Of a stretch of DNA of 64,000 bases, positions 1 to 8,753 are shown piece by piece. The notes below the pieces were generated by a model. The model did no database searches. It saw nothing but the letters and a program-made list of their open reading frames with translations, and had not been told where the DNA came from. Every line of letters starts with the position of its first letter. Position 1 is the stretch's first letter. Source of the stretch: Thermodesulfobacteriota bacterium (lineage in GTDB: Bacteria; Desulfobacterota; Desulfarculia; JACQYL01); NCBI GenBank assembly GCA_963675595.2, contig CAXXLZ010000002.1:1184001-1248000 (forward strand). Direction: 5' to 3'. Position numbers and translations under genes: made by a program.

Positions 1-442
1 CGATATAATATACGGTTCGGTCGTATGAAGTGTACGCATTGGTGTTCCCGCCCAACTCCTCCAGGATTTTGTTGTTTTCCTTCTCGGAACGTTGGGTGGT
101 GGTGCCTCCGGAAACCACGTGCTCCAGAAAGTGAGTCAAGCCCGCTCCCACGTTCCGGCCTTCGTAGATGGACCCCGTTTTGATGAAAATCTGTGAGGAC
201 ACCAGGGGAGCATCGGGCATGCTCCGAAGGAGCACTTCCATCCCGTTTTTGAGCGTCACCCATAAATCCGACGCGAGGGTGGGGTGGACCATTTCGATGG
301 CCGCCGTTTCCTGCGGCGTCAGGTCGAGCACCGGAGTGCGGATTGCGCCCTCGGGACCCAGCCCGCCCACGGCGGCCGGAACCATCCATGCAAGCAGGAA
401 CAGTGAAAGAAAAAGAGTTGCATAAGCGTTGCGACGCGGCAT
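1..442 (-). CDS. M16 (pitrilysin/insulinase) family zinc peptidase, N-terminal part; runs off the window start
   Basis: Manual translation from ATG 442 (AGGAGG RBS): signal peptide MPRRNAYATLFLSLFLLAW, then LKNGMEVLL, GSIYE, inverted zinc motif HFLEH and LGGNTNAYTSYDRTVYY. Not in the ORF track. Confidence 0.9.
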   Translation of the reverse strand, partial: MPRRNAYATLFLSLFLLAWMVPAAVGGLGPEGAIRTPVLDLTPQETAAIEMVHPTLASDLWVTLKNGMEVLLRSMPDAPLVSSQIFIKTGSIYEGRNVGAGLTHFLEHVVSGGTTTQRSEKENNKILEELGGNTNAYTSYDRTVYYI

Positions 443-585
443 GAAAGCCTCCTAGATGATCGTGTACGGCACTCGGCCGTTGCCAACGGAACTCCGAATT
501 ACGAAACGGCCGGTTCACTCTATTCGTTAGTCGTTCGGAAACCGTCGGGAGGGATTCGTTTAGTGGAGAAAAGGCAACGATCCCC

Positions 586-1227
586 CTACATCACCGTGGC
601 CACGTCCTTTTCCCCTGCGGCCTGCCGCAGGAAGTCCGCCAACAGCCAGGCTTCAATGGCCAGGCACTCCATGTCCAGGTAGCGTTCCGCCCGCCGCTGG
701 AAGAGCACCAGGCACTGGGCGGGAAATTCCTCGTCCACGTCGTTGAACAGCAGCAGCATGGGCACCCGCGACAGCGCGTCGAACCGGAAACGCAGCTGAT
801 AGTTCCAATCCAACCCAGGGTCCGTTCCATCGAGACGCACACAGGCCCCGCGCAGTTCTTCCAGTCGGTCGCTGAACCGCCGGGCCAGGGAACGCTCCGA
901 ATTGGTCTGAAACCCACCCACAAAGGGGGCCGCATCCTTGAAGTCCCGGTAGGCCACCCAGTCCTCCTCCCCCAAAGGTTCCGGATCGGGAAACATCAGC
1001 AGGTACTTGCACAGAACCACCTTGACGGCGTGCAGAGGCTCCGCGCCCCGAGGGTCCTTGATGCCCTCGGGAGCAACGCGGTAGAGGCGGGAGAAGAAGG
1101 GAACCACGACGCTTCCCTCCGAGAACTCGCACCCCATGCGACGCGCCAGGGCTTCCAGGTCCAACTCCCCAATCTGCTTTAAATAATCACGATAAACCTT
1201 CTCGAAAATCGGGGCCTGTTTATCCAT
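586..1227 (-). CDS. DUF3786 domain protein
   Basis: Family-like C-terminus ALSRVPMLLLFNDVDEEFPAQCLVLFQRRAERYLDMECL; starts 1 nt after the repressor stop; paralogous to 58391-59233. Confidence 0.8.
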   Translation of the reverse strand: MDKQAPIFEKVYRDYLKQIGELDLEALARRMGCEFSEGSVVVPFFSRLYRVAPEGIKDPRGAEPLHAVKVVLCKYLLMFPDPEPLGEEDWVAYRDFKDAAPFVGGFQTNSERSLARRFSDRLEELRGACVRLDGTDPGLDWNYQLRFRFDALSRVPMLLLFNDVDEEFPAQCLVLFQRRAERYLDMECLAIEAWLLADFLRQAAGEKDVATVM

Positions 1228-1228
1228 C

Positions 1229-2005
1229 CTAATCGATCTCCTTACCCACCCAACGGATTCTGCCCAACACGTAATAAGGCACGCCCTTGTCCGCTTCGAT
1301 CTCGATGGCGAAAGGCTGGAAGGATGGGTTGTCCGACATGCAGACCAGGGAAGGTCTCGTCGGGTTTTCGTTCAATACCAAACGCTTCACCGCCACGCCG
1401 CCGTCGGGCTGCCGCACCAGATAGATTTTTCCCGGCCGCACCTTCGTCCGTTCCGCTTCGCCGGTGTCCACCAGGGCCATTTCCCCGGGATTGATGGTGG
1501 GGGTCATGGAATCTCCCCGAATGCGCACCAGACGGAGACTCTCCTGGCGGTGGGGGTCCTTGCCCACCAGCCTCTCGATCCACCAGTGCTGGAACGGATA
1601 GGAATCGGAGACGTTTTCACAGAGAAGTTCCCCCTCGGGTCCCGCCGTCACCCGTGATTCCAATACCGGAACGAAAAAGAAACGGGCGTCCTTTCCGGGG
1701 CCTCCGGACACCGCCGATCCCCGGCCCAGAAGCAGCCAGGACGGACTGACATCAAAAGAATTACACAAACGAACAATAAATTCCACGCTTGGCCGTCGTT
1801 TCCGCAGAAGATAATTGCTCAGAGTGGAAAGGTTCACGCCCAGCTTCGCGGCGAATTTCTCCTGAGTAAGACCGGACTCCCGGAAAATCTCCCCAATACG
1901 ATTTGTTAATTCAATCGGAAGGTTATCTTCCATATCCTCCATTCCGACCTCTTCGGACCCGAGCACGGAAGACGCCGAAGGATCAGGCGTGGTTTCGGAT
2001 TTCAT
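1229..2005 (-). CDS. CI/LexA-like repressor: XRE HTH plus S24 peptidase
   Basis: HTH LTQEKFAAKLGVNLSTLSNY; VTAG cleavage site; catalytic GDSMTPTI and VAVKRL. Start moved to ATG 2005, which has a G-rich RBS. Confidence 0.9.
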   Translation of the reverse strand: MKSETTPDPSASSVLGSEEVGMEDMEDNLPIELTNRIGEIFRESGLTQEKFAAKLGVNLSTLSNYLLRKRRPSVEFIVRLCNSFDVSPSWLLLGRGSAVSGGPGKDARFFFVPVLESRVTAGPEGELLCENVSDSYPFQHWWIERLVGKDPHRQESLRLVRIRGDSMTPTINPGEMALVDTGEAERTKVRPGKIYLVRQPDGGVAVKRLVLNENPTRPSLVCMSDNPSFQPFAIEIEADKGVPYYVLGRIRWVGKEID

Positions 2006-2055
2006 GTTCCCCCCCTCAAGATCACCCCTGCGAAGTTTCTCCAAACGGCTAAACA

Positions 2056-2088
2056 ACGATTGACAATTATCGTCATTTGGGTAATAAT
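2056..2088 (+). promoter_or_regulatory. sigma70 promoter of the gam operon with an overlapping imperfect palindrome (putative repressor operator)
   Basis: TTGACA (2060-2065), 17 bp spacer, AATAAT (2083-2088); ACGAT-TGACAATT-ATCGT spans the -35. Confidence 0.65.
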
Positions 2089-2169
2089 GGACCCACAAAT
2101 GAGGAAGCGTTCGCCGAACGTTTCCACCTGACCCTTGAAGACGCGAGCCGTCAACATCCCAAGGAGGCC

Positions 2170-2697
2170 GTGATGATCCGAAAGAAATCCGCACCACCCG
2201 TGGCCGTCACCTCCGTGGCGGAAGCCGACCGGACCCTTCGGGAAATGGGAAGGCTTCAACTGGCCCTTGACGAGCTGGATCGCAAAGCCCGCGACCGGAT
2301 TCACGAAATCAAGACCCGGACGGTGAAGGACTCCGCTCCCTTGGCGGAACGGTTAAAGGAACTGGAAGCCGGTCTCAACGCCTTCGCCGACTCCCATCGG
2401 GAAACCCTCTTCGCCGAGAGGCGCAGCATCGCCCTGGTGTTCGGCGCTTTCGGGTGGCGCAAATCCACTTTGATCAAGCCCGCGCCCAAAGGAACCTGGG
2501 CGGACATCCTGTCCCGCATCAAGGAGTCCGGTCTAACCAGGGCCGTGCGCATACGGGAGGACGTGGATCGCGACGAACTTCACCGCTGGTCCGACGAAGA
2601 GCTCCGTCTCGTGGGAGCGCGACGCATGGTCAAGGAATCCTTCTGGTACGAATTGGCCCGTGAGGGCGTTACCGAAAAGGCGGTGTCCCATGGCTGA
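2170..2697 (+). CDS. gam: Mu-like host-nuclease inhibitor Gam family protein
   Basis: AAGGAGG RBS then GTG/ATG; long helical N-terminus, RSIALVFGAFGWRKST, VRIREDVDRDEL and KESFWYE are typical of Mu Gam; divergent from the CI-like repressor. Confidence 0.85.
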   Translation: MMIRKKSAPPVAVTSVAEADRTLREMGRLQLALDELDRKARDRIHEIKTRTVKDSAPLAERLKELEAGLNAFADSHRETLFAERRSIALVFGAFGWRKSTLIKPAPKGTWADILSRIKESGLTRAVRIREDVDRDELHRWSDEELRLVGARRMVKESFWYELAREGVTEKAVSHG

Positions 2698-3037
2698 AGC
2701 GATGACCATGCCCATTCTTCGAAAAGAAGGAGGGAACCCCGAAGCGGCGCGGGACTCCTTTACCCCCGCGTTCCGGGAACGGAACATCCCCCGACCCGCC
2801 ACGTCGTGGGACTCCCTCGAAGGTTCCGACTTCATGCGTTGCCGGCGCATGCGATGCGTCCTACGCAAGAGCGTATGCATACGGCGGCAGGAAATCAAGG
2901 ACTGGGACGGTACGCCCGGGTATCTCGAATGCCATGGGTGTCGGGACGGACTGCGGATCCGTGCCGAGTTCCTGAGAAATCGAGAGCGCCCGTCCTTCCG
3001 GCGAAAACGCTCACGATGGCAAACCAACCCTGCTTGA
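2690..3037 (+). CDS. hypothetical Cys-containing phage-like protein (possible Zn finger)
   Basis: Overlaps the gam stop; CRRMRC...C...CHGC pattern. Confidence 0.55.
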   Translation: MAEAMTMPILRKEGGNPEAARDSFTPAFRERNIPRPATSWDSLEGSDFMRCRRMRCVLRKSVCIRRQEIKDWDGTPGYLECHGCRDGLRIRAEFLRNRERPSFRRKRSRWQTNPA

Positions 3038-3498
3038 ACCTCGAAAGGCCTCCCATGAAATCCCCCAAAAGACCTGCGGGCCGCAAGGGAACGACCCGGA
3101 CGGCCCGACGACCCGGCAAAGCCCCCATGGAGCCGTTCTTTGAAATCGACCCTTTTCAGTGGGTCATCGACATGCAGCTTCAATCCCTGTGCGGATTGCT
3201 GGAACGAGCCGCCGCCCCGCCTAAGCCCGGTGAAGGACAGCGCAGAGCACCCTACGTCCAGGTGGTTTCCGTCACCCGCACCTACGATGCATACGCCCGA
3301 AAGGAAGCCGTGGAGAACGCCCTGATCGGGGCCTATGACCGGAAGTACCGCCCCCGAAAAAAATCCGTGGAGGAACGCGTCGTGGAACTCCTGCTTCAGG
3401 GCCATACGGACCGTGAAATCGCCCGATTGCTCGCTCTGGGCAAAGGAACCGTTCATCGCATCAAGAAGGTTCTGCGGGATCGCGAAAGAGCCGCCTGA
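3016..3498 (+). CDS. protein with a C-terminal helix-turn-helix (phage-like regulator)
   Basis: VVELLLQGHTDREIARLLALGKGTVHRIKK HTH; start uncertain (3016 or 3055). Confidence 0.65.
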   Translation: MANQPCLNLERPPMKSPKRPAGRKGTTRTARRPGKAPMEPFFEIDPFQWVIDMQLQSLCGLLERAAAPPKPGEGQRRAPYVQVVSVTRTYDAYARKEAVENALIGAYDRKYRPRKKSVEERVVELLLQGHTDREIARLLALGKGTVHRIKKVLRDRERAA

Positions 3499-3577
3499 AC
3501 CCTTCGCACGCATGTCCGCGTCATGAGTCCGTGCCGTCGTCCCACCGCCGCACTTCGGACGGCTTCACCCACCGACC

Positions 3578-3799
3578 TTGGGAGAATCCATATTGAAACG
3601 TCTCCATCGATATGTACCTTTGGAGGATCTGGTGCGCTACTGCATGGAGGAAGGCGCGAGTCCGGAAGAAGCCCAAACCCGGGCCGTGACCATCCATCGG
3701 GCCATGAACACTTTGGCCGTGGCCGAAAAACGCCGGGAGGCCAAACAAAGAAGGGTGATGGCCGCCTTGAGGCAAACCGCCGGCGGCCTTGAGCCCTGA
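3578..3799 (+). CDS. hypothetical helical protein, last gene of the phage-relic operon
   Basis: Co-oriented, protein-like composition; TTG start uncertain. Confidence 0.4.
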   Translation: MGESILKRLHRYVPLEDLVRYCMEEGASPEEAQTRAVTIHRAMNTLAVAEKRREAKQRRVMAALRQTAGGLEP

Positions 3800-3857
3800 T
3801 CCATAACCGCGTTAGACTGAATGCCTCGCGGCCCAATCGTATCGCCGTAAGCATTTG

Positions 3858-4085
3858 GAGGGGTATCCGGGACAACTTTTAAAAAAGTTCCCCCGTGAGC
3901 GCCTACTCTGAGGGAATCCTTTGTGAAAAAAGGGCTCCATCGAGCTCCTTCCACAAAGTATAGACGTTTCACTATGTGGGACGGCAGATGCTGCTCGTTT
4001 TGCGAATCGCGTACGCGATTCGCAAAAGCGCAACGGGGGTGCGGGGGGACGGCGTTCCCCTGCGGCACGCCCCTTGAATAGATAC
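3858..4085 (+). repeat. dispersed palindromic intergenic repeat, copy 1
   Basis: Perfect 30-bp palindrome TTTTGCGAATCGCGTACGCGATTCGCAAAA (3998-4027); flanks shared with 4992-5190 and 57570-57657. Boundaries approximate. Confidence 0.8.
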
Positions 4086-4110
4086 GCATCGCCGACCTCA
4101 GGCCCTATGG

Positions 4111-4644
4111 ATGGAAGACATGGCCGTCGCGGGATTATTGAACGATTCCCTCTACCTCTTTCGAAACGCCCTGATTGAGGGTCCGGTGCTGGACCTGGCG
4201 TGCGGGGACGGACAAAACGGTCTCGCCGTGGCCGCATTGGGCTATCAAGTGATCGGAATGGACGTATCTCCTCGAGCGTTGGACCGGGCACGGAAGGCGG
4301 CCGCGGAGGCCGAAATTCGGGCCGAATATCTGCAAACGGACCTGGAGGCGGAAGGCGTCAACCCCTTGCCGGAAGACGCCTACGGAGCCGTCTTGGTCTT
4401 CCGTTATCTGCATCGGCCCTTGATGCCGTGCATCCGGAAGGCCTTGAAGCCCGGCGGTGTGCTCATCTACGAAACCTTCACCACGGAACAACGCCGGTAC
4501 GGAAAACCCAAGAATCCCGACTTCCTGCTGCGGCCCGGTGAGCTGAGAGCCTGGTTTGCGGACTGGGAAATCCTGCATGACTTCGAGGGTATTCTACCGG
4601 ACCCGGAACGCGCCGCGGCCCAACTCGTGGCCCGCAAGCCCTGA
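4111..4644 (+). CDS. class I SAM-dependent methyltransferase (TehB-like)
   Basis: VLDLACGDGQN motif I; FRYLHR, LKPGGVLIYETF, NPDFLLRPGEL. Confidence 0.85.
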   Translation: MEDMAVAGLLNDSLYLFRNALIEGPVLDLACGDGQNGLAVAALGYQVIGMDVSPRALDRARKAAAEAEIRAEYLQTDLEAEGVNPLPEDAYGAVLVFRYLHRPLMPCIRKALKPGGVLIYETFTTEQRRYGKPKNPDFLLRPGELRAWFADWEILHDFEGILPDPERAAAQLVARKP

Positions 4645-4706
4645 TCCCGTGTTCGGCGGCTTTTTGGAAGGGCCCGGCCGCCCCGGGCTGCCCGGCTTCG
4701 GATAAC

Positions 4707-4952
4707 TCAACCCGCTGCGCGGATATATTCGTCCAGCACCCGGCGGACGTCCGGGAGGCATCACCCCCCCTTGGGATTCGTGGTCCCGCACCGACAGGCT
4801 CCCGCCCGCTTTTCCATCACAATGCGCTCCAATATGGTGGAACGGCCCGCCTCGGCCCAATCCTTTTCAATGTCCCCGCGCGTATAACCGAAACAGAAGC
4901 AAACCGTGTCCCCCGCACGCGGCAGGATCGGTGTATGGGAAAGCACGTCCAT
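4707..4952 (-). CDS. small Cys-rich BFD-like/CopZ-N-type Fe-S or metal-binding protein; probable selenoprotein (UGA at 4761-4763 read as Sec)
   Basis: VCFCFGYT...CRCGTTNPKGG-UGA-CLPDVRRVLDEYIRAAG*. The family motif as I recall it is NPxGxCC. A SECIS-like hairpin starts 11 nt after the UGA. Confidence 0.8.
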
Positions 4953-4991
4953 GGTTGTACACCCTTCGGCAAAAACTTTGTTCGCATTCAC

Positions 4992-5190
4992 GGGGGGGAT
5001 TTTTCAAAAAGTCTCTCCCCCCCCGGTACTCCCTTTCAAACTTAAAGGAATTTAATACGTTGGACGGCACATGCAGCTCGTTTTGCGGATCGCCTACGCG
5101 ATTCGCAAAAGCGCAACGGGGGGCCATGGGTCCCCCGGCAGGGGGTGCGGGGGGACGGCGTCCCTCTGCGCCACGCCCCGTGAATGGATA
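4992..5190 (+). repeat. dispersed palindromic intergenic repeat, copy 2
   Basis: GGACGGCACATGCAGCTCGTTTTGCGGATCGCCTACGCGATTCGCAAAAGCGCAACGGGGG matches copy 1, as does the downstream GGGGGTGCGGGGGGACGGCGT...CACGCCCC. Confidence 0.8.
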
Positions 5191-5305
5191 TCCCTGGCCG
5201 GTGCGGCCATGTTCAAAGAGCTTATCGGCGGCCGGGGATTACTTCTCGCCCCCCGCTACTTTTGACTCACGCACTTAGACGGCCTGTTGGAAAAGGCCGG
5301 TTGGC

Positions 5306-5430
5306 GTGGGCTGCTGAAAAACGATGAGATGCAAGGCGCGCAAGTCCCAAGGAGTGAGACGTACTAAGAGTACGTCGCAATGACGAGGGACGAAGCGCAA
5401 CGCCGCAGGTCGCGTTTTTCTGCAGACCAC
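5306..5430. mobile_element. MITE-like element, ~125 bp
   Basis: Imperfect terminal inverted repeats GTGGGCTGCTGAAAAACG / CGTTTTTCTGCAGACCAC; internal hairpin GACGTACT-AAG-AGTACGTC; abuts the VWA gene stop; no ORF. Confidence 0.6.
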
Positions 5431-6899
5431 TAAAGCCCGGTCTCCAGGCGAAGCAATTCCCCGTGCTTGATTTCCAGCCCTTGAGCCGCAGGAAGCGGCT
5501 CTTCCATACCTTCCACGTAGCAATTCAAATCATATGCGCCCGGAGGCACGGCGTAGGGTTTCCATAGAGGGTAATCCCCGTTGGAGGCCTGAACGACCTT
5601 CAGCACGATTTTCCCGTTTCCGGTTGCGAGCAGTTCCCAGGAGGCGACTTGGGAGTCTTGGGGTTTCACCAGCACGATGCCGGAATCCACGGTCACCGTG
5701 GCGACCTTACCCTCCTCGATGCGCACGTCTTCTGCGAGGACCACCGGGTCTTCCGGAGTCTTCCGATACAGGTAGGAACGTTTGTAGTGGACGGCGAACT
5801 GATACAACCCCGCCGGAAGGGGCTTGGTCTTATAGAAGTAGTAATCGTTGCCCGTATACGGGAGAACCAGGGAGAACTCGGGGTCGTCCGCCTTGAGCAC
5901 CATCACCGCTCCCACGGGTGCATCTTTCAGAGAGTCCGCCACGTTCAGGGCCATGCCGCCCAAGGACACTTCAGCGGTTTCGCCGCCCTCCACCGTCCAA
6001 TCACCGAAAGACACCTCGGAATCGGGTTTGTAATTGGAGTTGGCGAAGCCCGCGATCAGCTCATATTCCCCGCTCAGCAGTGGATGAGTCGAATCCTTGC
6101 CCGGGTCTTCGATGGTCTTGATGAGCTTGCCGTCGCTCTTGCGAACAAGTTTCAGCACATGCAGACTCACGGTCGTTTCCGGAGGCATGGTGATGTGGAG
6201 CTTGCCCAGCTTGCTCGTCGCCCGTTTGGTGGTGGTTTTGGCCTTTTCCACCTTTTCAGCCACTTCCCGCCCCACCAGCTGGAACGCGTCCAGCAATCCC
6301 GCGGCGTCCGCGGCGGAAAAGTAGCGGCCGCCGCCGGCTTCGGCGAAACACGTAAGCTGCCGCTTCTGCGCTTCATTCACATCGAACCCGATGACATGAA
6401 GGATGAAACGGGCACCGCTTTTTTTGAGCGCTCCAATGGTCCCGCACGGGTCCGGGTCGCAGGTCTCCTCCCCGTCGCTCACCAGAACGATGATGGTTTC
6501 AGCGTCCCGGCTCCCCAAAGACTCGGCGGCCTTTTTCACCGATGCCGCCATGGGGGTCTTGCCGTGAGGCTGAATGTTCTCCACACGGCCTAACAGGGCC
6601 TGCCGATCGTTGCTCCCCGCCGGCACCAAGATTTCGATGTCGTCGCAGGAGCTTTCCCGAGAATGCCCGTACACGGTCAATCCCGTGAGGACTTCCGGCG
6701 GCAGTTCCGGAATCGTTTGGCGCATCACTTCCTTGGCGGCGTCGATTTTGGTCCGCCCCTGCACCTTGCCCCACATGCTCCCCGAGGCGTCCAAAATGAA
6801 CATGATTTCAGGATAAGATTGGGCTTCCGAAGGAGTGCTGATCAAGAACACCGGAAACAACAAGATGAATATCCACGGAATGGGAAAACGTTTCGCCAT
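5430..6899 (-). CDS. exported VWA domain protein
   Basis: Signal peptide; MIDAS DASGSM, TPMA, VSDGEETC; beta-rich C-terminal repeats. Confidence 0.9.
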   Translation of the reverse strand: MAKRFPIPWIFILLFPVFLISTPSEAQSYPEIMFILDASGSMWGKVQGRTKIDAAKEVMRQTIPELPPEVLTGLTVYGHSRESSCDDIEILVPAGSNDRQALLGRVENIQPHGKTPMAASVKKAAESLGSRDAETIIVLVSDGEETCDPDPCGTIGALKKSGARFILHVIGFDVNEAQKRQLTCFAEAGGGRYFSAADAAGLLDAFQLVGREVAEKVEKAKTTTKRATSKLGKLHITMPPETTVSLHVLKLVRKSDGKLIKTIEDPGKDSTHPLLSGEYELIAGFANSNYKPDSEVSFGDWTVEGGETAEVSLGGMALNVADSLKDAPVGAVMVLKADDPEFSLVLPYTGNDYYFYKTKPLPAGLYQFAVHYKRSYLYRKTPEDPVVLAEDVRIEEGKVATVTVDSGIVLVKPQDSQVASWELLATGNGKIVLKVVQASNGDYPLWKPYAVPPGAYDLNCYVEGMEEPLPAAQGLEIKHGELLRLETGL

Positions 6900-7336
6900 G
6901 CGGTCCCCCTCTCATCGCTATAATTGTTTGAACGACCGGGCCGAATTCGTCGGGCCCATGCTTCCTTGAACATCGGTCCACGCGGATGATTTCCCGGAGA
7001 CACGCAGGTGCCCCCTGTCGAACGAAATCGGATTTCATCGGCTTTCGGAATGATGATTCATCATAAAGCACAATCAAAGGCCAGCTCAAGGGGCATCCGA
7101 GAACCGATGACAAATTCCTCCGGCTTCTCCGCCGAAAAAGGTGAGGACTTTTTCAGGAGCCAAGCCGTAAATCCCTGCCGAAATTCCTTTCTGATCGGAA
7201 GCTTTCCGCCGGCATGTGTTTTTCTGGACTTGCACACCCTCCTCTCTTATGATCCGAAGTCCGACAGGCACGGTTTGGCCGGACTCGTGTCCTTTCGAAC
7301 CGACGCCGCGGATCAAACTCATTCCGGAGACCTGTT

Positions 7337-7738
7337 TTGGATTCCCTGACATTCGCAAAAGAAGTAGTGGCCCGAGACCCCATGGCGCGGTTTCTGGGCA
7401 TTGTATTGGAGGAAGCGCGTGAAGGCTTCGCCAGGCTGTCCCTGCACATCAAACCGGAGTACACCAACGCCCTGGACCGGGTCCACGGCATGGCGGTATG
7501 TTCCCTGGCCGACCAAGCCGTAGCGGTGGCGTCCAACAGCGTGAACAACCCGGCTTTGGTCCTCGAAACGAAGATCAACTATCTCGCGGGAACGAAGAGC
7601 GGTCGGACTCTGTACGCGGAGGCGGAATCGGTGGACGTGAAGCGAAAGATCAGTCTTTGGCGGGTGAGGGTCACCGACGACGAAGGCGTGCTCGTGGCGT
7701 CCGCCGAAAGCCTGGCGTACCACAAGGGCGAATCATGA
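7337..7738 (+). CDS. PaaI-family hotdog-fold thioesterase
   Basis: DPMARFLGI, NALDRVHGMAVCSLAD, KINYL; TTG start with GGAG RBS. Confidence 0.88.
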   Translation: MDSLTFAKEVVARDPMARFLGIVLEEAREGFARLSLHIKPEYTNALDRVHGMAVCSLADQAVAVASNSVNNPALVLETKINYLAGTKSGRTLYAEAESVDVKRKISLWRVRVTDDEGVLVASAESLAYHKGES

Positions 7739-7978
7739 CGGAAGTCGCGATGCCGCGATTTCCCCTTAACCGGATGATTGCAGACCGGCAAAGAACGAGG
7801 TAGGCATTCATGGGAGTCCGGGGGAACATGGGTCCCCCGGCGACCCTGTGATTCAATACAAAACGAGGACGGCAGGGCGCGAAAATCCCGAAGCATGAAG
7901 ACTACATGGAAGTGCGTCGCATCAACGAGGGATGAAACGCACCGCCGCAAATCGCGTTTTACACCGGCCCGTCAAGCC

Positions 7979-8479
7979 TTATTCCACGCGCATGAATCGA
8001 GAGGCCGGAGCTCCACACACCGGACACTTTTCAGGCGCGGACATTTCGTGCGTGTAGCCACAGGCGCCGCATACATAGTAGTCGTAGGCTTGGCCCGCTT
8101 CCTTGCCCAGGTTGTCGAGGGTCTTACGGTAAAGCGCCTCGTGCACCTTTTCCACCTCGAAAGCCCAGCGGAACGTGCTCACGGCCGCCTTGTTCCCTTC
8201 CTCTTCGGCATCTTTGATGAATCCGGGATACATGCTGACGACCTCGAAGTTTTCCCCCTCCACGGCCGCTTTGAGGTTGTCTTGGGTGCTCTGCACCCCG
8301 CCCATGGCCCTGAGATGATTATGAGCATGCACGGTTTCCGCGGCCGCGGCGGCGCGGAACAGCTTGGCCGCCTGAATGAATCCCTCGTCGTCGGCCTTCT
8401 TGGCAAAGGCGAGATAGCGCCGGTTGGCCTGGGACTCACCGGCAAAAGCTTCTTTCAGGTCCTCGATCGTCTTTCCCAT
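7979..8479 (-). CDS. rbr: rubrerythrin
   Basis: AFAGESQANRRY, ETVHAHNH, EKVH and C-terminal rubredoxin CGACG...CPVCG; AGGAGG RBS. Confidence 0.95.
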   Translation of the reverse strand: MGKTIEDLKEAFAGESQANRRYLAFAKKADDEGFIQAAKLFRAAAAAETVHAHNHLRAMGGVQSTQDNLKAAVEGENFEVVSMYPGFIKDAEEEGNKAAVSTFRWAFEVEKVHEALYRKTLDNLGKEAGQAYDYYVCGACGYTHEMSAPEKCPVCGAPASRFMRVE

Positions 8480-8668
8480 TACAGTAGTCCTCCCTTCATT
8501 GCTTACGAACGTTGTTGATTGACGGAATAGAGATTCCGGAAAGCCTCGATGGGGCGTTCCGGCGCGTTGCCATGATTTTTCTTCGCACCCCGCTACGCTA
8601 TGGATCCCAAGGTCCGCCGGCGAAACGCCGCCGGAGCGTGCGAAGGGGTCTACATAAAACGTTTATTT

Positions 8669-8690
8669 TTTAAGAACAATTATCCTCAAA
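8669..8690. promoter_or_regulatory. AT-rich imperfect palindrome upstream of rbr (possible Fur/PerR-family operator)
   Basis: TTTAAGAACAATTATCCTCAAA is 16/22 self-complementary; rubrerythrins are often PerR-controlled. Regulator identity is inference. Confidence 0.35.
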
Positions 8691-8753
8691 CAATAGCACA
8701 GCAGTTACACCCTGTCCACCGGGTTCGGACCCATCTAAACCGTATGAAGAACC

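Noticed and set aside
2006-2197. Long N-terminal extensions of the repressor and Gam ORFs (likewise 39599-39775, 33857-34030, 42962-43156, 59234-59386)
   Set aside because: They cross promoters, terminators or leaders; downstream starts give better RBS, signal peptides or domain boundaries.
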